Positions 7,234-17,351 of a DNA stretch of 24,583 nucleotides are shown here, piece after piece. A model generated the notes under the pieces. The model did not search any database and was not told where the DNA came from. It was given only the letters and a program-made list of their open reading frames with translations. A program made the translations under genes and the position numbers. This DNA comes from Promethearchaeota archaeon. Its GTDB lineage: Archaea > Asgardarchaeota > Lokiarchaeia > Sigyniarchaeales > SOKP01. The stretch's first letter is position 1. Each line of letters opens with the position of its first letter. The stretch covers positions 1 to 24,583 of the forward strand of contig JBHLLU010000057.1 in assembly GCA_048938895.1 (NCBI GenBank). The letters are read 5' to 3'.

Positions 7234-8889
7234 TTAGAAAATGGAATCTTCGTGATAAGTTCCAAAAACCTCTTTTAATGTATTGATAATTTCCCCGATG
7301 GAAGCATAAACTCTTATCGCATTCATAATATATGGCATTAGATTTTCTGTTCCTTGTGCAGCTTTCTTTAGATCTTTTAATTTCTCATTAACTTTATCGT
7401 TATTTCTGTCTTGCTTTAAATTATTTAATTTTCTCACTTGCTTTTTAGCAACTTCTTCGTCTATTTTCAAGAGTGGAACTGTACAAGGTTCCTTTTGTTG
7501 ATATTGATTGACTGCAACAATTGTTCTCTCTCGATTCTCGATTTCTTGTTGATATTTGTAGGATGCATTTGCTATTTCTTTTTGAAAGAAATTTGCTTTT
7601 ATCGCAGGAATAACACCTCCTAATTTATCAATTTGTTGAAAATATACTTCTGCTTCTTCTTCCATCTTATTGGTAAGCCATTCTACATAATAGGAGCCCG
7701 CTAAAGGATCAACAGTATCGGTCACCCCTGATTCATAGGCAATGATCTGTTGTGTCCTTAAAGCTATCTTAACAGCATTTTCTGTGGGGAGACATAATGC
7801 CTCGTCAAAAGAATTTGTATGTAATGATTGGGTCCCTCCTAACACAGCAGCTAATCCCTGAAGTGTGACTCGAACTATATTGTTTTCAGGTTCTTGAGCA
7901 GTTAAGGAAACTCCCGCTGTTTGGGTGTGAAATCGAAGTCGTAGGGATTCAGGCTTTTTTGCACCATATTTATTCTTCATATGCTTCGCCCAAATCCTTC
8001 TCGCGGCTCGATACTTGCAGACTTCCTCAAAGAAATTATTATGAGAATTAAAGAAAAATGACAAACGAGGGGCAAAATCATCCACATCCAAACCTCTTTC
8101 CATAGCAGCTTCAACATATGCAAAACCATCAGCTAAAGTGAAAGCCAATTCTTGAACAGCGGTAGAACCTGCTTCTCGAATATGATATCCACTTATACTA
8201 ATTGTATACCATTGAGGAACATACTTAGTACAATATTCTATGGTATCAACAATCAATCTCATTGACTCTTCGGGAGGGTAAATCCATGACTTCTGTGCGA
8301 TATATTCTTTTAGGATATCATTTTGAATAGTTCCTCGTAACTGTTCCGGAGTATGTCCTTGTTTCTCAGCAGTAACTATATACATCGCTAATAATATAGA
8401 TGCTGGGGCGTTAATAGTCATTGAAGTACTAATCTTTGAAAGGTCAATTCCATCAAATAAAGTTTCCATATCTTTAAGGGTATCAATTGCTACACCTTCC
8501 TTCCCGATTTCTCCCAAAGCTCTTTGATCTGTGGCTTCAATACCATAAATAGTATGTAAACTGAAAGCAACACTTAAGCCTGTTTGACCATGTTCAATCA
8601 AAAACTTATAACGGTTATTGGTTTGCTCTGCGGTTCCAAAACCTGCAAATTGTCTCATTGTCCATAATCGCCCCCGATACATGTTAGGATAAGCTCCTCG
8701 AGTAAACGGGTATTGACCAGGAAATCCCAAATCTAATTCATAATTTAGATCTTTAATATCATTCGGGGTGTAAAGTCTCTGAATTTCAATATCGGAAAGG
8801 TTTCGAAAAGATTTTCTTCGTTCTTTATTACTTGGTAATGAATTTTGCCATTCTTCCATATCTTCTTTAATTTTATCAAATTCTGTCAT
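7234..8889 (-). CDS. B12-dependent acyl-CoA mutase large subunit (methylmalonyl-CoA mutase family; isobutyryl-CoA mutase IcmA-like residues)
   Basis: PGQYPFTRG, WTMRQFAGFG, SMTINA, GTIQNDILKEY, ISISGYHIREAG, FHTQTAG, QSLHTNSFDEA, DPLAGSYYVE. 551 aa with no B12 domain; the small subunit and meaB are downstream. Confidence 0.95.
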   Translation of the reverse strand: MTEFDKIKEDMEEWQNSLPSNKERRKSFRNLSDIEIQRLYTPNDIKDLNYELDLGFPGQYPFTRGAYPNMYRGRLWTMRQFAGFGTAEQTNNRYKFLIEHGQTGLSVAFSLHTIYGIEATDQRALGEIGKEGVAIDTLKDMETLFDGIDLSKISTSMTINAPASILLAMYIVTAEKQGHTPEQLRGTIQNDILKEYIAQKSWIYPPEESMRLIVDTIEYCTKYVPQWYTISISGYHIREAGSTAVQELAFTLADGFAYVEAAMERGLDVDDFAPRLSFFFNSHNNFFEEVCKYRAARRIWAKHMKNKYGAKKPESLRLRFHTQTAGVSLTAQEPENNIVRVTLQGLAAVLGGTQSLHTNSFDEALCLPTENAVKIALRTQQIIAYESGVTDTVDPLAGSYYVEWLTNKMEEEAEVYFQQIDKLGGVIPAIKANFFQKEIANASYKYQQEIENRERTIVAVNQYQQKEPCTVPLLKIDEEVAKKQVRKLNNLKQDRNNDKVNEKLKDLKKAAQGTENLMPYIMNAIRVYASIGEIINTLKEVFGTYHEDSIF

Positions 8890-9116
8890 AAGGATCGTTT
8901 TATTGAGGTTTTTTGATGTGTAAATAAAATTAGATATTATTGACTAATCTCAAATAGATAAGCATTCGGAATTATATTAATTTTTTTTCATAGAATTAAA
9001 TTAAATTTGCTTAGTACATCTATTTATAAAAATCTACATTGACTGATAAAAGAATTTAGTTTTAATTCTATAACACCTAATTTAAACTTATTAGATATTA
9101 AAAACAATAATTAATT

Positions 9117-9854
9117 ATGAGCAAACTTATTTATCTTGGATGTTTAAGCTCTCGACTCTATAATGCCACTTGTAGTAATGCCATTAAGGTGATCCAATTC
9201 TTAGATAGTGAATATCAAGTAATAGAAAATCCTCCTTGTTGTGGCTCTTTAGCATTTAATATAACTCCGGAAGAAGATATGAAAAACCATGTTAAATATG
9301 TAAACACGTGGTTTAAAAGTAATAATGTTACAGAAGTTGTTACTATATGTGCAGGATGTTACTCCTATTTTACTCGGTATTATAAGGAATTCTTAGGATC
9401 TGAATTTTCGATAAAGGTTCAACATTTTCTTCAATTTTTAGCTCAATCAAAAAATTTAGAAAAGCTAAATTTAAAGAATTCTGGAAATTTCCTAAAAGTT
9501 AATTATCATGACGCATGTCATCTAAGGAATTCATCTACACCAATAATTGAAGAGCCAAGAGAAATATTAAACTCCATTGATAATATTGAATTTGAGGAAA
9601 TGGATTTTAACAAAAGCAAAAGTATTTGTTGTGGTGCGGGTGGGGGAGTTTATTCAATATTTAAAGAAAACAGTGATTATAATTCTAAGTTAATTTTTGA
9701 TAATATGAACAAAGCTAAAATTCTTTTAACGGCTTGTCCCTTTTGTTATACAGCACTGAATCGAATAAAGGAACAAAATAAAATAGGAAAATCGGTCATT
9801 AAATTTGAAGACTTTATTGTTAAATTAATGGAAGGGGGTGACCCTCTAAGCTGA
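9117..9854 (+). CDS. Cysteine-rich (CCG) domain Fe-S protein, LutA/HdrB-like
   Basis: Two CCG repeats: PCCGS...CAGC and HDACH...CCGAGGG...ACPFC. Confidence 0.85.
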   Translation: MSKLIYLGCLSSRLYNATCSNAIKVIQFLDSEYQVIENPPCCGSLAFNITPEEDMKNHVKYVNTWFKSNNVTEVVTICAGCYSYFTRYYKEFLGSEFSIKVQHFLQFLAQSKNLEKLNLKNSGNFLKVNYHDACHLRNSSTPIIEEPREILNSIDNIEFEEMDFNKSKSICCGAGGGVYSIFKENSDYNSKLIFDNMNKAKILLTACPFCYTALNRIKEQNKIGKSVIKFEDFIVKLMEGGDPLS

Positions 9855-11155
9855 GTGATAAAGGAAAAGAAGGGTATGAGGAAGTTAAGGCTAAGATAAA
9901 TAAACTAAATACTAAAGGAACCTGGGAAAACAAGTTTGGATTTTTCTGGAAAATAGCATGTGCAATTAAATCAAAACAGCATGATTTAAAATATCTCTAT
10001 GAGGATTCTAGTCGTGAGTTTGTAGATAGATATAAAAATCAACTTATAGCAATGAGAGAGGAATTTGTAAATAATATAGACTATTACGTTGAAAAATGTA
10101 TACGAGTAATGCGAGAAGCGAATAACATGACTGTTCATTACGCGAAAACTAACGAAGAAGCTCAAGATATATTTATGAAAGAAATCGGAGATACAAAAGT
10201 TATATATAAATCAAAATCAAACGAAGCAAAAGATGTGGGAATAATTAAATTTTTAAAGAAAAATAATATACTAATTAAAGAAACAGATTTAGGTGATGTC
10301 CTTGTTCAATTATTCGATTATAAATTACCCAAATTCGGAGTAGGTCCTGGAGCTCATTTTTCAAAGGAAGAAATTGTAGAAAAAATAAAAGAGGTTCATG
10401 GAGTTGAACTAGAGCCCACTGCAAGTGCAATAGTAAAATATTATAGAGATTCCTTTCGTAAAGAATTATTAAATGATGTAAAAGTATCACTAACGTCTGC
10501 AAATGCTATTTCAGCTGAAGATGGAACTATTGTACTTGGAGAAAATGAAGGGAATATTAGTTTATTAACTAGAGCAACTGAAAAGCACATAGTCTTATGT
10601 GGAATCACTAAAATTGTACCAACCATAGTAGACGCTATTCTTGTGGCAAAAGTACAGACTCGCATTAATAATGTATCTTTTAACTATATCAGCCTTATAT
10701 CTGGACCTTCTGCTACTGCAGATGTTCAAGGTGAAAAAGTTCTCGGTATGTACGGAGCTAAAGAAGTAGTTGTAATTCTTGTAGATGATTGGCGTTCAAA
10801 AGCATTAAAAGAAGACCTTCTTTATAAGGAATTTTTAAAATGTATTGGTTGTAGAACGTGCAATTATGTGTGCACTGCATCCAGAGCATTTGGAAATATA
10901 TATGCTTCAAAATATGGATTAGGTGCTGATGGTATTATTCGAGATTACATACATAATGGTATTGAATCTGCAGTCAATGATGGTTTGTTCCTATGTACTG
11001 GATGTGAAAACTGTTTTCATTGGTGCCCAGTTTCAGTGAACTTAGGTGAAATTATGAAATCCATTAAAAAAGAAGCAACTAAAGCTGGTTTATGCCCTCC
11101 TGTGCTAAAAGAATATCAGGAAAAAATAATATATGAGAAGAATCCCTTTAAATAA
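9851..11155 (+). CDS. LUD-domain 4Fe-4S protein, LutB-like; probable CTG start at 9851 (ORF track start is 10052)
   Basis: KSKS, ETDLG, SANAISAEDG, ENEGN and ISGPSATAD LUD motifs, plus CIGCRTCNYVC and CTGCENCFHWCP ferredoxin motifs. The frame is open from 9842 and a GGGGGTGA SD precedes CTG at 9851. Confidence 0.88.
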   Translation: MSDKGKEGYEEVKAKINKLNTKGTWENKFGFFWKIACAIKSKQHDLKYLYEDSSREFVDRYKNQLIAMREEFVNNIDYYVEKCIRVMREANNMTVHYAKTNEEAQDIFMKEIGDTKVIYKSKSNEAKDVGIIKFLKKNNILIKETDLGDVLVQLFDYKLPKFGVGPGAHFSKEEIVEKIKEVHGVELEPTASAIVKYYRDSFRKELLNDVKVSLTSANAISAEDGTIVLGENEGNISLLTRATEKHIVLCGITKIVPTIVDAILVAKVQTRINNVSFNYISLISGPSATADVQGEKVLGMYGAKEVVVILVDDWRSKALKEDLLYKEFLKCIGCRTCNYVCTASRAFGNIYASKYGLGADGIIRDYIHNGIESAVNDGLFLCTGCENCFHWCPVSVNLGEIMKSIKKEATKAGLCPPVLKEYQEKIIYEKNPFK

Positions 11156-11160
11156 TCCTT

Positions 11161-12042
11161 TTACTTTAATCGATTTAGAATAAACTCTCCTAATTTACTC
11201 AATTTTTTAATATTATTATAAAGATTTGGAGACTTTTCTTCTAGAAATTGCTTAAAGTGATCCCAATCCTGCTTTTGGTCTACAGGAGCTTCTCTTATTA
11301 TCATTTTTAGAGCTTCAAAATTGCTAGGATAAATTAACTCATCATTAATTCTATTGGCCTCTTCAGATAAGGCAAATAAATAATAATCAGTCAAATCTAT
11401 TGGATCTAGGACTCCAGGAGGTTTATTTCCATCACCAGCTCTTCTCCCACGTAGCAATTTAGTATCTACTTGCATAGGAAGTATCATATTTACCAGAATG
11501 TTTTCCTTTTTATACTCCGTAGCCAACTCTCTTTGTAAGCCAACAACTCCATATTTGGATGCAGTATAAGATGAAAATCCCCCCATTACAGAAGGATATA
11601 CAGCACTTCCCGTAATGATGAACCGTGCTTTATCATTTTTATTTTCTTTATCTAAGTAAGGATAAGCTGCTCGAAAAGTATAAAAAACACCTAAGATATT
11701 AGTGTTAATCACCATCTCAAATTTTTCTGGTGGTACTTCGTGAGCACTAGCACGCCAAGAGGCTCCTGCATTAGCGATAATTCCATTGAAATTTCCTAAT
11801 TCTTCATGAAATAACTTAAAAGCATCAGTAACTTCTTTTAATTTAGTGATATCAGCTGGTTTTACTACACATTTTACTCCTGTATCTAAATCATCAATTT
11901 CTTTTTTAACTGCACTAAGTTGTTCAAGAGTTCTAGATGTTAATCCAACATTTGCGCCCTCCTTAGCGCATGCAATTGCTACTGCTCTACCAATGCCTCT
12001 ACCAGAACCAGTGATTACAATATTTTTACTTTTTAAAAGCAT
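11161..12042 (-). CDS. Short-chain dehydrogenase/reductase (SDR)
   Basis: TGSGRGIG, NAG and YTASK (YxxxK). ATG at 12042 preferred over GTG at 12054. Confidence 0.9.
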   Translation of the reverse strand: MLLKSKNIVITGSGRGIGRAVAIACAKEGANVGLTSRTLEQLSAVKKEIDDLDTGVKCVVKPADITKLKEVTDAFKLFHEELGNFNGIIANAGASWRASAHEVPPEKFEMVINTNILGVFYTFRAAYPYLDKENKNDKARFIITGSAVYPSVMGGFSSYTASKYGVVGLQRELATEYKKENILVNMILPMQVDTKLLRGRRAGDGNKPPGVLDPIDLTDYYLFALSEEANRINDELIYPSNFEALKMIIREAPVDQKQDWDHFKQFLEEKSPNLYNNIKKLSKLGEFILNRLK

Positions 12043-12122
12043 AATTAAATTCACATAGCTAGTTAGACATATATATAATTAATTAAAAAAGCGAGAATCG
12101 TTATAAATTTTAAGTAGTAAAT

Positions 12123-13586
12123 TTATCCCCAAAATGGTTTCCAACTATTCCATACATCCCATCTTTGTATATTTTTTATATTGTACAAAAACGCCTTTTG
12201 TCTATATCTACTTTTCAATGTTTTGTAAATCTGGCGTGATATAAAACGAGGACGTTGCATAAATTTTACATGTGCATTTCTTATTCGTAACATTAATTCA
12301 CTTAAAGGAATATTGAGAACAGCAGTACCTACCTCCCAACATTCCTCCGGATTAATTTGTTTTTCATCTACCATTTGATCCCAAATCCAATTCCCTGGAA
12401 TTATACCTAGAATATGAAATTGTGGAAAATCAATATCCAATTTGAGTGCCAATTTAATTGTATCGATTATTTCCTCACGTGTTTCAATTGGTGCGCCTAA
12501 TATGAAATTAGCTAAAATAATATCAATTCCAACCTTCTTCGAATTCTTCACTGCCTCGTAGACTTGATTTAGTGTAATTTTTTTATTATACCAATCCAAA
12601 ACTCTTTGAGAACCACTTTCAACACCATAACTGATAATTCTACAGCCCATATGCTTCATAGCAGTCAAGATTTCTCTTGAACTCATAGTCACCCTCCCCT
12701 CTGCCATCCAATTTAAATCTATCTTTTCTTTTCTAATTAAATATGATAATTCCAATAATCTTTTTTTACTTAGAGTAAAATTATCATCAACCCAATACAA
12801 ATTTTGATACCCCTGATTCTCGAGAAGAGAGAGTTCTTCGATTATATTCTTTGGAGATCTCGGACGCCATTTGTCCCAGAATTTAGAACTTGAGCAGAAT
12901 GTACATTGAAACGCACAACCTCTCGAAGATGAAATTGTAGTAAAGTTACCTAAAGAAATATCAAGTCCTTCAACCATACTTTTATATTCTACATTTCCTA
13001 ATAATTCTCTGTTTGGAAAAGGAAGTATATCAATATTCTCTATAAGAGGTCTATCTTTATTTCTTATAATTCTACCATTATTCCTATACGTTACTCCTCT
13101 TATATCTTCAAAACCATGACCTTTTTCAGATTTTTGAGTGATTTCTAAAAGTGTATTTTCCCCTTCTCCTCTAATACAAGCATCAATATATGGATATTTG
13201 TTTAGGATTCTAGTATCATTAAAAGTTGCATGATAATTCCCGAATAAGATTTTCACATTTGGATTTATTTCTTCCTTTACGCGTTTAGAAATTTCCGCCG
13301 AACTGATTCCAGTTCCTGATGTTGTTATTGTTGAAAAACCTAAAATATCAGGATCTTCATTTTTTATCCACTGTAAAGTTTCGTCAATCGACGATCCTTG
13401 TGCGAATTGATCATATATAGATACATCAAAATTGTTTTCATTTAGATATGTTGCTAGAGATAGGATTCCCAATGGAGGAAAACCGTAAAAATCTATTTTT
13501 TCTTTTACATATTGCTCTGCCTCTTTAACGGTGCCACAAAATATTCCTTTTTCTGGAGGTTTTGGAAAAATTAATGATACTTTCAA
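12123..13586 (-). CDS. B12-binding-domain radical SAM protein
   Basis: PPLGILSLA and GEGE in the N-terminal B12-binding region; SRGCAFQCTFC (CxxxCxxC), DDNF, GVESG. TTG start. Confidence 0.9.
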   Translation of the reverse strand: MKVSLIFPKPPEKGIFCGTVKEAEQYVKEKIDFYGFPPLGILSLATYLNENNFDVSIYDQFAQGSSIDETLQWIKNEDPDILGFSTITTSGTGISSAEISKRVKEEINPNVKILFGNYHATFNDTRILNKYPYIDACIRGEGENTLLEITQKSEKGHGFEDIRGVTYRNNGRIIRNKDRPLIENIDILPFPNRELLGNVEYKSMVEGLDISLGNFTTISSSRGCAFQCTFCSSSKFWDKWRPRSPKNIIEELSLLENQGYQNLYWVDDNFTLSKKRLLELSYLIRKEKIDLNWMAEGRVTMSSREILTAMKHMGCRIISYGVESGSQRVLDWYNKKITLNQVYEAVKNSKKVGIDIILANFILGAPIETREEIIDTIKLALKLDIDFPQFHILGIIPGNWIWDQMVDEKQINPEECWEVGTAVLNIPLSELMLRIRNAHVKFMQRPRFISRQIYKTLKSRYRQKAFLYNIKNIQRWDVWNSWKPFWG

Positions 13587-13762
13587 ATTATCAATTTAAA
13601 TTCGATTTAATTTTTTTGGTTCTATGAATTAAATCATCATCATTTTAATTTTTAATTAAATTTATTACACTTACAAACAAAATTAATTTTTGAATTATTT
13701 ACTTAAGAAGACATTATAAATCAACTAGCATAATGTATACTACCAAGGAAATGACTTATTAA

Positions 13763-15223
13763 ATGAAATTATTTGACAAAAACATCCAAAAAGTAGCGCT
13801 CATAAATCCGAATTATATTACTAAAAGTATTACAGACAAATTTACAATCCCTGCATTAGGGTTAGAATATCTTGCTGCTTCTGTTTTAGATCTTGTTGAA
13901 GTGAAGATAATAAATGCTAAAGTGAGGAATTTAAACCTTAATGAAATATTAGAAGAAGTTAAAGAATTTAATCCAGATCTCATTGGTATATCATGTTGTT
14001 TTACAATCGGAGTTAATTTTGCATTGGAAATTGCAAAATGGTCCAAAAATCTTGGATATCCAATTGTACTGGGGGGTTGGCATCCTAATTTTATCCCTAC
14101 TGATGTAATTAAATATCCATTTATAGATATTGTTGTTCGAGGAGAAGGAGAATTAACCTTTCGGGAATTAATAGAAAATAAAAACCTAGAAGATATAAAG
14201 GGAATTTCATTTAAAAAAAATGGATCAATCATAAACAATCCAGATCGTCCATTAATCAAGGATTTGAATGAATTACCATTCCCAGCAAGGCACTTAAGAC
14301 ATAATAAGTCATACTTTCAAATCTTTCAGATGCCTGTAGATGCAATTGAAACATCAAGAGGGTGCCCATTCAACTGCACTTTTTGCAATATTCATCTCTT
14401 TTATCGGGGAGCCTATAGGACTAAAAGCCCCGAACGGGTTATACAAGAGTTGAAAATTATCACAAATGGAAAAAAACTTATGAATGTAATGATTGTAGAT
14501 GATAATTTTACAGCAGATATTAAAAGAGTTGAAAAAATCTGTGATATAATAATCAATGAAGGGATAAAAGTAGATTTAACTTGTCAAAGTCGCATTGATG
14601 TGATAAAAAGGAATCCTGATATAATTAAGAAAATGGCTAAGGCAGGATTTTGGTGTTTTTTCCTTGGGATAGAATCATTTAATCAAAATTCGCTAAACGC
14701 TATTCAAAAAAGAATAAAATTAAAAGATATCTTTGATGCCATCAAAATACTTCACAATAATAATATAGTAATAATAGGGAGTATGCTAGTTGGGTCAAAT
14801 CTTAATGAGAAAGAAGAAGATACTGATATAATGATAAAAATTGTTAAAAAATTAGGTATTGATTTTCCCTTATATTCTATTATGACACCTCTTCCAGGTA
14901 CAAAATTCAGAGATACAATAATCGAGAAAGGGTATTTATTAACTCATAATTGGAGTAAATACAATTTTACTACAGCTGTTAATCGATTGAATAAATTATC
15001 CAAACAAAGGTTGGAACACCTTTTATCTAAGGCATATTACTATGGATATTTTAAAAGAGGGTGGAAAGATACTTTTATAAGATTGTTTAGGAAAAAAGGA
15101 ATAAATTTGCTGTTAAATATGAAAAATATTCAAGCTATTAAGGATCTTTTTGGATTATTTAGCAATATTAGAAAAATGAAACCTGAAAGAGATACAATGT
15201 CTCCTACTATAAAATTTAATTGA
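13763..15223 (+). CDS. B12-binding-domain radical SAM protein
   Basis: PALGLEYLAA, GGWHP, GEGE, SRGCPFNCTFC, DDNF, GIES, TPLPGT. Confidence 0.9.
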   Translation: MKLFDKNIQKVALINPNYITKSITDKFTIPALGLEYLAASVLDLVEVKIINAKVRNLNLNEILEEVKEFNPDLIGISCCFTIGVNFALEIAKWSKNLGYPIVLGGWHPNFIPTDVIKYPFIDIVVRGEGELTFRELIENKNLEDIKGISFKKNGSIINNPDRPLIKDLNELPFPARHLRHNKSYFQIFQMPVDAIETSRGCPFNCTFCNIHLFYRGAYRTKSPERVIQELKIITNGKKLMNVMIVDDNFTADIKRVEKICDIIINEGIKVDLTCQSRIDVIKRNPDIIKKMAKAGFWCFFLGIESFNQNSLNAIQKRIKLKDIFDAIKILHNNNIVIIGSMLVGSNLNEKEEDTDIMIKIVKKLGIDFPLYSIMTPLPGTKFRDTIIEKGYLLTHNWSKYNFTTAVNRLNKLSKQRLEHLLSKAYYYGYFKRGWKDTFIRLFRKKGINLLLNMKNIQAIKDLFGLFSNIRKMKPERDTMSPTIKFN

Positions 15224-15259
15224 AAATATACTTAAAGTTCAAAACTTTAGTTAAAGGCA

Positions 15260-16411
15260 ATGTTAAACAATTTACATAAATCAAAAGACCAAACATATCA
15301 TTTGCCAATATCTGGATATATAGCATATTTTTTAACTAAATTCCTTCAATTGTTTACACCCTTTACATACTTTTATGAAAAATTTGAAACTATGGTATTA
15401 TTTAAAGAAATTCGTAAATTTAAGATTAATAAACCTATTTATATTACAGGTTTAGCTCGTTCAGGAACAACAATTATCCTTGAGATGTTGAGTAAGCATC
15501 CAAATTTAGCATCACATCAATATAAGAATCTTCTTATACCCTATTGCCCTTATTGGTTATATAAACTTACTCTTAAGCTTAGAATTTTTTCTAAACCAGT
15601 TGAAAGGGTTCATATGGACAGAATAATGATTACTAAAGATAGCCCGGAAGCTGTAGAAGAAATTTTTTGGAGAAAATATTTTAAACACACCCATAATGAA
15701 AAATATTCCCATATAATTAATAAAAACACTCAAAAGCCTAAATTTGAGAAATTTTACTCAAATCATATCCGTAAACTCTTGATTGCTCAAGAGCGACCTC
15801 AATATTTAGCAAAAAATAATTATAATATCACCAGAATGGAATATTTACTAAAAATCTTTCCCTCTGCTAAGTTTTTATTAATTGTTAGGAATCCGGTAGA
15901 TCAGATTGCATCTTTAATTAAGCAAACAAAACTCTTTATGAATATAGAAAAGGATATCCCCTTCTTCAATGATTGGTTGAATATTTTAGGTCATCAAGAA
16001 TTTGGGTATCAACGTATCTGTATAAATGTAAATGATCCAGATGGAATTTATAAAATTCGTAAATTGTGGAATAAACAAAAATCATATGTAAAAGGATGGG
16101 CATTCTATTGGGCATCAATTTATAATTTTATAATAAATCAGTTGGAAGAAAATGACAAACTACGAAAAGCAACTCTTATTGTTAAATATGATGAATTATG
16201 TGAAACTCCTGCCAAAATGATTAATCTCATATTGAACCATACGGAGTTACCCTCTGAAAACTATATGAAAGTAAAAGAATATTACATTAAAAACTTCCAT
16301 AAACCAACGTATTATACTCCAGATTTTTCAAAACAAGAACTTAAAGATATAATTGAGATAACACAAAAAACTGCTTCACGATTAGGCATAAATCTTGAAA
16401 ACTTTTGGTAA
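15260..16411 (+). CDS. PAPS-dependent sulfotransferase family protein
   Basis: PIYITGLARSGTT (5'-PSB loop), LIVRNPVDQIAS (3'-PB motif), VKYDELCETP. Confidence 0.85.
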   Translation: MLNNLHKSKDQTYHLPISGYIAYFLTKFLQLFTPFTYFYEKFETMVLFKEIRKFKINKPIYITGLARSGTTIILEMLSKHPNLASHQYKNLLIPYCPYWLYKLTLKLRIFSKPVERVHMDRIMITKDSPEAVEEIFWRKYFKHTHNEKYSHIINKNTQKPKFEKFYSNHIRKLLIAQERPQYLAKNNYNITRMEYLLKIFPSAKFLLIVRNPVDQIASLIKQTKLFMNIEKDIPFFNDWLNILGHQEFGYQRICINVNDPDGIYKIRKLWNKQKSYVKGWAFYWASIYNFIINQLEENDKLRKATLIVKYDELCETPAKMINLILNHTELPSENYMKVKEYYIKNFHKPTYYTPDFSKQELKDIIEITQKTASRLGINLENFW

Positions 16412-16436
16412 GTAAATAGATTATCATAAAAATTAA

Positions 16437-17189
16437 TTATGTTAATAATTGTTCTAAAGTAATGAATTCACTTTTCTTGGAGATCGCTTCTCTAAGAAAA
16501 TTATTGAATCTTTGGTTAAATTGACTTCCTGTATTATACCAACGATCAGGTCTAAATATTACATTTCTAAGTAAATTCACAACTCCTTTCTGATTTAATA
16601 AAATTCTCTTCATATTTATAGCTTCCCAAGGATGGAAATATAATACAACTATATCCTTTTTAATTATCCAATTTCGGAAAATTGGAATGCTTAAAGGTAA
16701 TCTGAAAAAAAAATTAGAGTTTAAAGGATGGAATTCTTGAATTGAGGTATCTTCATATTGCATATATTTCATTCTCTTAGATGATACAATTGAAGAGTCG
16801 TATTTAAATCCTAAATCGTTTAATATTTTAAATAAGAAATTTGGAGGCTTTAAGTACGGAGCTCGAAAACCTATTACGTTTGAATCATCAATGATCTTTT
16901 CTATTAACTCTTTGTTATGAAAAATTATGTCTTTACATTTTTTATATCCAAGTTGATTTAATCTTTCATGGTTTAATCCATGGCAAGAGATTTCATGTCT
17001 TTTGCTTTTTATCAATTTTATATATTCAGGATAAGCTTTGACGACATTTCCAGTGCAAAAAAAGGTAGCTTTGATATTATAAAAATCTAATATGTTCAGT
17101 ATCTTAGATAATCCAAATTTTACACCAAAAAAGGTATCAGAAAAATGAGGAATGTCAGATTCAATATCAAAAGTCAACGCGATTTTCAT
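16437..17189 (-). CDS. Polysaccharide deacetylase (CE4/NodB-like)
   Basis: LTFDIE, ATFF, HEISCHGLNH, GFRAP, YDSS, YFHPWE. ATG at 17189 preferred over TTG at 17216. Confidence 0.88.
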   Translation of the reverse strand: MKIALTFDIESDIPHFSDTFFGVKFGLSKILNILDFYNIKATFFCTGNVVKAYPEYIKLIKSKRHEISCHGLNHERLNQLGYKKCKDIIFHNKELIEKIIDDSNVIGFRAPYLKPPNFLFKILNDLGFKYDSSIVSSKRMKYMQYEDTSIQEFHPLNSNFFFRLPLSIPIFRNWIIKKDIVVLYFHPWEAINMKRILLNQKGVVNLLRNVIFRPDRWYNTGSQFNQRFNNFLREAISKKSEFITLEQLLT

Positions 17190-17351
17190 TATGACAACCG
17201 AAATAATTAGATACAAAAATAATTTTTAACTCTGGTGTAATAATAAATAATAATGGATAATTAAAAATTTCAATCAAATAAATAGCTTTTAATATTTGGT
17301 TAAATTTTAAAGAAAGACATACTAATTCTTAAATTTAAAGGTGGTTTATGT

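Noticed and set aside
7438-14259. ORFs 7438-7623, 10275-10502, 10441-10665, 11846-12058 and 13813-14259
   Set aside because: All are antisense to well-supported genes and have no family motifs.
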